Source of the DNA: an uncultured Roseivirgaceae bacterium
Lineage (GTDB): Bacteria; Bacteroidota; Bacteroidia; Cytophagales; Cyclobacteriaceae
Length of the DNA stretch: 64,000 bases
Assembly (NCBI GenBank): GCA_964543195.1
Contig: CAZIXF010000014.1
Location: forward strand, 27,144-91,143
Direction: 5' to 3'
How positions within the stretch are numbered: position 1 is the stretch's first letter; every line of letters begins with the position of its first letter. Of this stretch, positions 57,810 through 64,000 are shown in pieces. The translations under genes were made by a program, and so were the position numbers. Under the pieces are notes generated by a model, which saw only the letters and a list, made by a program, of their open reading frames with translations, had not been told where the DNA came from and did no database searches.

Positions 57810-58583
57810 ATGTCATCTATTTTTTTATCTGAGTCCGGGAAAGGTCAGCCCGTCGTATTTATTCACGGGTACTGTGAAACCAGTGAGGTATGGAATGAAT
57901 TCCATAAAAAATTATCCCGGAGGAACAGGGTCATTTCAGTCGATTTGCCCGGATTCGGTAAAAGTCCGCGGCTGAACTATGCCTTCAGCCTGAAAGACGT
58001 AGCTGCTGAGGTTAAGCAGGTACTGGACGAAAGGCGGCTTTCCAATTATGTGATGATCGGTCATTCCCTGGGAGGCTATGTCACATTGGCCTTTGTAAAA
58101 CAATTCTCATACATCGTTAAAGGAATCGGACTGTTCCATTCGAGTGTATTCGAAGACAACCGGGATAAAAAGGAATCACGAACCAAACTGATCGAATCCA
58201 TTAAATCGAATGGTGTGAAGCCATTTATAAAAACATTTATTCCCTCCCTTTTTTATGAAAAGAATCTCAGGTATGTCGATGAGACGATAGAGGAACTTAA
58301 GGAACTGGCGGAAAAAACCTCTCCGGAAACTGTAATGGAATATGCAAGGGCCATGCGGGATCGTGAAAGCAGCGTGCAGTTTATCAAAAAATACCGGAAA
58401 CCGGTGATGTTTATCATCGGGGAAAAGGATAAGTCATTGCCGTTGAAGAAAAGCCTTGAACAGGCCGTTATGCCGGGCAATTCGCACGTGCTGCGCTTAA
58501 GGGACACTGCCCATATGGGCATGTTTGAAAAACCGGAAGAGACCCTTCAGTTTGTAGAAAAGTTTATTGCCTTTTGCCGGTAA
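57810..58583 (+). CDS. alpha/beta hydrolase
   Basis: 257 aa with nucleophile elbow 'GHSLGG' and HG oxyanion 'FIHGY'. It starts 16 nt after dxs. Confidence 0.8.
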   Translation: MSSIFLSESGKGQPVVFIHGYCETSEVWNEFHKKLSRRNRVISVDLPGFGKSPRLNYAFSLKDVAAEVKQVLDERRLSNYVMIGHSLGGYVTLAFVKQFSYIVKGIGLFHSSVFEDNRDKKESRTKLIESIKSNGVKPFIKTFIPSLFYEKNLRYVDETIEELKELAEKTSPETVMEYARAMRDRESSVQFIKKYRKPVMFIIGEKDKSLPLKKSLEQAVMPGNSHVLRLRDTAHMGMFEKPEETLQFVEKFIAFCR

Positions 58584-58645
58584 AAAAAACTGCCGGACCT
58601 CAAAAGGATCCGGCAATTATAAAACTGATCGTATAACTAAACAGT

Positions 58646-58687
58646 ACTCATCGCATGACTGCCAGTCATACGATGAGTTGTTATTTT
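58646..58687 (+). terminator. rho-independent terminator after dxs/hydrolase
   Basis: actcatcgcatgact-gcc-agtcatacgatgagt forms a 15-bp stem with 1 mismatch, followed by tgttatttt. Confidence 0.6.
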
Positions 58688-58707
58688 CAAATAGTGGTTA
58701 CGGCATA

Positions 58708-59655
58708 TTATTCTGCCGGCTCCTGAACCAGGATCTCCAGTTCAATATAATCGTTCTCATTGAAGGTGCCCACGATATTACTCACCAGGATAACGCCCCG
58801 CTTGCTGCCTCCATCCTTGTCCGGGTCCGTGGCAAAAGCAAATACATCGCCCATCTGCAAGCCGGTGATGATTTCCCCGTCTTCCGGGGTGCCTCCGTCA
58901 AACACCTCATCGATATCGGCAAAGTTTGACAACTCGTTGAACTGACTTTCAGTAAGCGTGGTAATTACGAACTGAATAGAGTTCAGTGTGTTCCACCCGG
59001 CCACCTGGTCGGCCAGCGCTGTATTGGACAGGGTGGAATACCCCAGCGGAGAAGCCAGACTGGCCTCATCGGTATTGCCGTAATAATAACCAAAATCGAT
59101 ATCAGCGCTTAATGGTTCTGCGGTGTTAAGGACGCTGTCTGGTGAATAGGTAGCGCCCGTATTGGTGCTGAAGAATGAATTGGCCGTTTTATCGCCAAGA
59201 GGTGCATAAAGCAATACCGTGGTATAGCTTCTTGCTGTCGGCGACACCGTGGTGATCTCGATCGACTCGGTGGCCGCTACGGCATTTTGCTGATCTGTGA
59301 CTACGAAATCGAAAACCACCGTCTCACCCACTTCTTCAGATTTCAACACGTATTCAAACTCATAGAACAACTGGTTTTCTCCCTGGTTGGGGAATACCTG
59401 ATCCTCCTGGGAGGGATCTCCCGTTCCAACGGTTTTGTTTACAGTGAGGGATACCAGGCCGGCCGGGGCATTTACAGAAACATTCGTAAAGGCCGTATCG
59501 CCGGGTTCGCCCTCGAAGGGGAACGTATCTCCGTTAAGCAGGATGGTGGCAGGTTCGGGCACGGGTTCTTCATCTTCCGTACAGGAAGCAAGGAATAACA
59601 GGTAAGACCCGATTACCAAGGTTAACCCAAAATAAAGTAATGATCTAGCTCTCAT
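58708..59655 (-). CDS. hypothetical surface/periplasmic lipoprotein
   Basis: The ATG at 59655 (MRARSLLYF..) gives lipobox 'LASC'. The mature part is acidic and Thr/Asn-rich. I recognise no family. Confidence 0.6.
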   Translation of the reverse strand: MRARSLLYFGLTLVIGSYLLFLASCTEDEEPVPEPATILLNGDTFPFEGEPGDTAFTNVSVNAPAGLVSLTVNKTVGTGDPSQEDQVFPNQGENQLFYEFEYVLKSEEVGETVVFDFVVTDQQNAVAATESIEITTVSPTARSYTTVLLYAPLGDKTANSFFSTNTGATYSPDSVLNTAEPLSADIDFGYYYGNTDEASLASPLGYSTLSNTALADQVAGWNTLNSIQFVITTLTESQFNELSNFADIDEVFDGGTPEDGEIITGLQMGDVFAFATDPDKDGGSKRGVILVSNIVGTFNENDYIELEILVQEPAE

Positions 59656-59938
59656 AATTTTTGATTTAGTTAAAAGGTTAGACAAAGATATGCGTTATTT
59701 TTTTATAAAATTTTATAAATGTAATACAAAAAATTACATCAGTAATGAAATTATTTTGAGAAAAGAACAAATTAAGTGTTTGGAATCCATATTGTCCAGC
59801 GTATTCAATCAATATGAACCGGTCAAATAAATAACAGGGAAAATTGAAAAATCACTTTTCCCGACGTAAATATCAGAAAAACCACGCTAAGTATAACTTA
59901 AATTTTAAGGTAATAATTTTGAATAAAAACTATTTTTT

Positions 59939-59946
59939 TATCTTTG
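59939..59946 (+). promoter_or_regulatory. Bacteroidota -7 box TATCTTTG with upstream TTG
   Basis: A perfect TAnnTTTG match. A TTG ending at 59921 lies 17 nt upstream, and the box is 71 nt before the ATG at 60017. Confidence 0.35.
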
Positions 59947-60016
59947 TTTTTCGTTGGGAGGAATTTTTATTAAAATTGACCCCGAATAAGGGCCCAAAAC
60001 TTAAACTACCCGCATA

Positions 60017-60766
60017 ATGGATGCATATTTAGAACTTGAAAAATGGAATGTGTTTGGCAAATATGTAGCTTATATTCTTGTTTCGATAGGAATATTGATC
60101 ATCTTATACCATTTTATCCACCTGGGTCTGACCAAAGATTATAAAAAAAGATACGATTATATTAACCGATACGAAATAAAATCCTTGTGGATAAGCGCCA
60201 TATTCCTCATTGTGGGAATTGGATTTTATATGAATACCCTTTACGCGGAAGGGGAGATCATCTGGTTGATGGTGCGGGTATTTGTGACGGTCATGCTCGG
60301 TCTCATCATCGGTGTGATCATTTCAAATCTTTTGAAGTTCTTCTATCCTTTTTACATTGAGAAGAGATTGAGAAAGCTTCGCTATACCCCCAGGAAATCG
60401 CCAAAGACCGGAAAACCCATGAAGTTACTGAGTGAGGAAGAGGAGGATGTATATCTGGATGAAGGAATGCAAGCCGAAGAAAACGTGTTTTCGGTCGATT
60501 ACGATGTCTGGATCGATGAGGAAACCGGTTATACCAAAATAGAAAAATACGCGGGTCATCTTGTGGCACTTCAATGTCCCGAATGCAGTTACCAGACACT
60601 TAAAGTAGTAAAAGAAGAGATCCTTGAATCACCCACCGAAACGGAAGAAGGTGAATTGATGAAATTCTATAAATGTGATTACTGCGGATACAAGGAAAGA
60701 AAAGCTTTCAGGGTGGCCAAACTCAAAAAGGTTGAGGGGCTGAACAAATCAAGTACCACGGTTTAA
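60017..60766 (+). CDS. membrane-anchored protein with C-terminal zinc-ribbon (CPEC...CDYC)
   Basis: 249 aa with three N-terminal TM helices, an acidic linker 'LSEEEEDVYLDEG', then 'CPECSYQ..(31 aa)..CDYCGYKE'. Confidence 0.6.
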   Translation: MDAYLELEKWNVFGKYVAYILVSIGILIILYHFIHLGLTKDYKKRYDYINRYEIKSLWISAIFLIVGIGFYMNTLYAEGEIIWLMVRVFVTVMLGLIIGVIISNLLKFFYPFYIEKRLRKLRYTPRKSPKTGKPMKLLSEEEEDVYLDEGMQAEENVFSVDYDVWIDEETGYTKIEKYAGHLVALQCPECSYQTLKVVKEEILESPTETEEGELMKFYKCDYCGYKERKAFRVAKLKKVEGLNKSSTTV

Positions 60767-60789
60767 ATTTAACTCCCCTTGATTATTCT

Positions 60790-61146
60790 TCAGGGAGAAA
60801 GACCGAGCTTACCGCATGCATTGGGTCTTATGGTAAAGGTGCCTTCCCATTCACGCGGACCGATTCCCGCTCCGGCCTGTTCGACTGCAAGAAACTCATA
60901 GGTTCCCGGTTCCAGGTCCACGGTCACACATCCTGTGGCTCCACATGAGGGCGTTTCATTATAAAAAGTCGAGATTGTACCAGCCCTCGAGCCTTCTATG
61001 AAAATATCAATGGGAGGTCCGTCGAAATTCGACCAGAACATATAACTCCCCTCTTCCACAATATCGTCATCCAGTATACCTTCACAAGAGCCCAGCATGA
61101 GCATCATCAGAAAGGCCAGATAAGTTAACCGTACAATTTTTTTCAT
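60790..61146 (-). CDS. small hypothetical lipoprotein
   Basis: The ATG at 61146 (MKKIVRLTYLAFLMMLMLGSC) gives a lipobox. The protein is 118 aa with 4 further Cys. Confidence 0.5.
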   Translation of the reverse strand: MKKIVRLTYLAFLMMLMLGSCEGILDDDIVEEGSYMFWSNFDGPPIDIFIEGSRAGTISTFYNETPSCGATGCVTVDLEPGTYEFLAVEQAGAGIGPREWEGTFTIRPNACGKLGLSP

Positions 61147-61447
61147 AGTGTTAAGGTATTTGAAGAATATTGCAATCAAAAATCCGACCAAAAAAAAATG
61201 GGAATGTATCCTGCGTTTTTTGATTCAAACAAACAAAACTTCAGATACACTCCCAAATCGAAATTAACCTTAACGTTATGAAGAGAGTTTAATGCAAACA
61301 GAAAAACTCAATTGGTGTGCCAAAAAAAATAAGCTTTTGTGGATCAGAAGGTTAATGGATAAGGGCCTGTGAGTTGCGGCCATTTCCTGTTCAAAACCGA
61401 ACAATGAATGACCGGATATACAGCAGGATTTTTTCCCGGATCTGGTA

Positions 61448-62032
61448 TCAGCGGATCCAGGACACCTTATCTTCTATGGGTTTTCTTTTGCTTCGGGGCC
61501 ATTTTTTCGGTATGCCGGTATAGAAAAATCCGAGTAACTTATCATCGGGGCCCAGGCCGAAAAAATCTTTTGCTTCTTCCATATAAGTAATACCCCCGGA
61601 GCCCCAGTAACATCCAATCCCATACGCTGCGGCGGTAAGATACATGTTTTGAACTGCACAGGCCACCGCTTCGATTTCCTCGATTTCGGGTAATCGTTTT
61701 TTCGGATCCCGTTTCATCCCGATAGCAATAACATGAGAAGCCATTAACGGTTTATTTCGCAGGGATTCAAATTGATCTTCTTTAAAATCACCGGCTTCCA
61801 TGCTTTTTTTTCTGTATAATCCGGATTGAAAATCACCCAGTTTCTTCAGGCCATCTCCTGTGAAAACCATAAACCGCCAGGGCTGTGTGAGCTTATGGGT
61901 CGGGGCCATATTGGCATTGATCAACAGTTGTTTCACAATTTCGTCATCCACTTTTTCGCCGGTATACATCTGGGGGTATATTGAACGCCGGTGGTGAATG
62001 AGCCGGTTCATCTGGTCTGTTTCAAAATTCAT
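61448..62032 (-). CDS. nitroreductase family protein
   Basis: 194 aa. 'I..RRSIY' at the N-terminus, 'AP.H..TQPWRF' and 'A.QN..L.A...G.G..W' match the nitroreductase fold. Confidence 0.85.
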   Translation of the reverse strand: MNFETDQMNRLIHHRRSIYPQMYTGEKVDDEIVKQLLINANMAPTHKLTQPWRFMVFTGDGLKKLGDFQSGLYRKKSMEAGDFKEDQFESLRNKPLMASHVIAIGMKRDPKKRLPEIEEIEAVACAVQNMYLTAAAYGIGCYWGSGGITYMEEAKDFFGLGPDDKLLGFFYTGIPKKWPRSKRKPIEDKVSWIR

Positions 62033-62245
62033 ATTAACAGGATTTAATATTTATTGATCAGCTAAAATAATCGATTTGAGATCACCGTGGAATATTCCTC
62101 CCCGGTTTTTTATGTCACTTTAATTTGTTGTTTACGCCACCGCTAAACCTCCTTGTGATAGATACATTGACTAAAATAAAAAATCCCATAATTTTTCCTG
62201 GATACAGATTTATACTGAAAGCTTTAATTTTTTAAAAAGCTTATA

Positions 62246-62253
62246 TAGTTTTG
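62246..62253 (+). promoter_or_regulatory. Bacteroidota -7 box TAGTTTTG
   Basis: A perfect TAnnTTTG match 26 nt upstream of the ATG at 62279. Confidence 0.4.
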
Positions 62254-62278
62254 CAAGATTATTTATTAAAAATTTACT

Positions 62279-63583
62279 ATGAGGCAGCAATTGTTGAGGG
62301 AAGGTGCAAACGAGTTGACCTATGAGATCCGCGGGATTGTAAAAAAGGCCAAAGAAGTGGAAAAATTTGGACAGCGGATATACTGGGAGAATATTGGCGA
62401 CCCTGTTCAGAAAAATGCAAAAATACCGGACTGGATTAAAAATATTGTCGTTGACCTGGCCGGCCAGAACGATACCTATGGCTATTGTCATTCCAAAGGA
62501 GTGCACGAAACACGTGAATTCCTCTCCGACCTGAATAACCAGCGGAACGGTGCCCAGATATCTGCTGAAGATATACTCTTCTTCAATGGATTGGGAGACG
62601 GGATCGCTAAATTATATCAGTACCTCATCCCCACCTCCCGGATTATAGGCCCTTCCCCTGCATACTCCACCCATTCTTCTGCTGAAGCGGCTCATGCCAA
62701 TACCCATCCGATCACTTATAAACTGAATCCTGACGATAACTGGTATCCGGATATGGACGACCTTTACATGAAGGTTAAATACAATCCGAATGTCGTAGGC
62801 ATATTGATCATTAATCCGGATAATCCTACCGGGATGGTTTACCCCAAATATATCCTGGACCGGTTTGTTGAAATTGCAAGAGAGTTCAACCTGATCCTGA
62901 TATGTGACGAGATCTATCTTAATGTAACCTATAACGGGGCCCGTTCTCATGCCCTGGCCGAATATATCAATGAAGTACCCGGCATCTCGCTAAAAGGGAT
63001 ATCCAAAGAACTGCCCTGGCCCGGAGCACGGTGCGGATGGATGGAATTCTATAACCGTAAATCGAAACCTGAGTTTGACAGGCTTTGTACGACGCTTGAA
63101 AATGCCAAAATGATCGAGGTGAGTTCTACCAAACTTCCTCAACTGGCCATTCCCCTGATCATGAGTGATAACAGGTACCCCGAGTATATAGAGGCACAAA
63201 ACAAAAAGATCGGTAACAGAAGTAAGCTGATCACGGAATTACTGTCACCTGTAAAAGGAATCAAATTCAATCCGACCTATGGGGCTTTTTATAATACGAT
63301 AATTTTCGAGGAGGGGGTACTGAATTTCAGACAAACCATAGAGATCGAAAATCCAGGGATACGATTCCTGGTAGAATCCTGGGTAAATGAAGAACTCGTA
63401 CAGTTCGATCAGCGGTTTGTGTATTATCTGCTGGGCGCCAAGGGTGTATGTGTGGTTCCCATATCCTCATTCTGGTCCGATCTGCTCGGATTCAGGGTTA
63501 CCTTACTTGAAGAAGATCAGGAAACGCTCAGGGAAACCTTTACCCGGATACGTGACGGGCTGGAAGAATACCTTCACAGTTGA
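62279..63583 (+). CDS. class I/II PLP-dependent aminotransferase (alanine/glutamate-pyruvate aminotransferase-like)
   Basis: 434 aa. 'NPDNPTG', 'ICDEIY' and 'SKEL.WPGARCGW' (PLP Lys region). Confidence 0.85.
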   Translation: MRQQLLREGANELTYEIRGIVKKAKEVEKFGQRIYWENIGDPVQKNAKIPDWIKNIVVDLAGQNDTYGYCHSKGVHETREFLSDLNNQRNGAQISAEDILFFNGLGDGIAKLYQYLIPTSRIIGPSPAYSTHSSAEAAHANTHPITYKLNPDDNWYPDMDDLYMKVKYNPNVVGILIINPDNPTGMVYPKYILDRFVEIAREFNLILICDEIYLNVTYNGARSHALAEYINEVPGISLKGISKELPWPGARCGWMEFYNRKSKPEFDRLCTTLENAKMIEVSSTKLPQLAIPLIMSDNRYPEYIEAQNKKIGNRSKLITELLSPVKGIKFNPTYGAFYNTIIFEEGVLNFRQTIEIENPGIRFLVESWVNEELVQFDQRFVYYLLGAKGVCVVPISSFWSDLLGFRVTLLEEDQETLRETFTRIRDGLEEYLHS

Positions 63584-63587
63584 TCAT

Positions 63588-63737
63588 ATGAATCAGGATC
63601 CCGGATACTGGGTTAAAAAATTAAACCTTCAACCGCATCCGGAAGGCGGATATTTCCGTGAAATATACCGGAATGAGGAGCACATCACTGCTCTTCCGGT
63701 TGTGTCCGGTTCCATAATAACCCGGTGTTTGAAATGA
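63588..63737 (+). pseudogene. truncated DUF985/cupin-family gene remnant (49 codons)
   Basis: 'MNQDPGYWVKKLNLQPHPEGGYFREIYRNEEHI' matches the conserved N-terminus ('L.PHPEGGYFRE.YR') of ~150-170-aa DUF985 cupins. The frame then runs into unrelated sequence and a stop. Confidence 0.5.
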
Positions 63738-63804
63738 ACACAATTTTGCTGCTTAAAATTAGATTATTTTTAAAATATTACCCCAATTGGGGGATTACAT
63801 TAAC

Positions 63805-63837
63805 ATATTTTTAAAATACCTGCTTTTGTGTAGCAGG
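63805..63837 (-). terminator. hairpin plus short U-run after yccF-like gene
   Basis: cctgct-N7-agcagg lies immediately after the stop. On the minus-strand RNA it is followed by UAUUUU, which is weak. Confidence 0.35.

Positions 63838-64000
<163 letters not shown>

Noticed and set aside
63387-63737. 116-aa track ORF as a single gene
   Set aside because: The first ~65 codons overlap the 3' end of the aminotransferase in another frame. Only the last 49 codons, from the ATG at 63588, show family similarity (DUF985 N-terminus).

Overview
This window looks like chromosomal backbone of a Bacteroidota genome. The evidence is a bshC gene, an rpmB-rpmG-DUF4295 cluster, a fused secDF, a GH3-family gene, an EF-G2-type paralog, and TAnnTTTG -7 boxes upstream of many starts. 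I call about 60 protein-coding genes, nearly all housekeeping: translation, isoprenoid (dxs, ispF), LPS export (lptB, lptC), secretion (secDF, ftsY), envelope and outer-membrane proteins, and nucleotide metabolism. Genes from about 33 to 54 kb all lie on the minus strand. I see no rRNA, tRNA, CRISPR array, transposase, integrase, prophage or recognisable defence island, and I cannot support a novel multi-gene system here.

The signals that ordinary annotation does not explain are:
- A family of drifting 7-8-nt tandem-repeat mosaics fills three intergenic spacers. Two of them flank anmK in direct orientation, and one has strand-symmetric G-richness, G-quadruplex/i-motif tracts and a 13-bp inverted repeat.
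- A 1672-aa secreted orphan protein carries an acidic D-x-W repeat tract and sits next to an orphan histidine kinase.
- An EF-G paralog keeps its P-loop, but the catalytic His is replaced (DTPGL) and G4 is degenerate (NQLD).
- An ornithine aminotransferase carries a duplicated Cys/His-rich insertion just upstream of the PLP lysine.
- A radical SAM/SPASM gene lies beside a 57-aa Cys-rich membrane ORF that is below the ORF-track cutoff.

Coordinates I derived by hand from the DNA (small ORFs, repeats, motifs) may be off by 1-2 nt.
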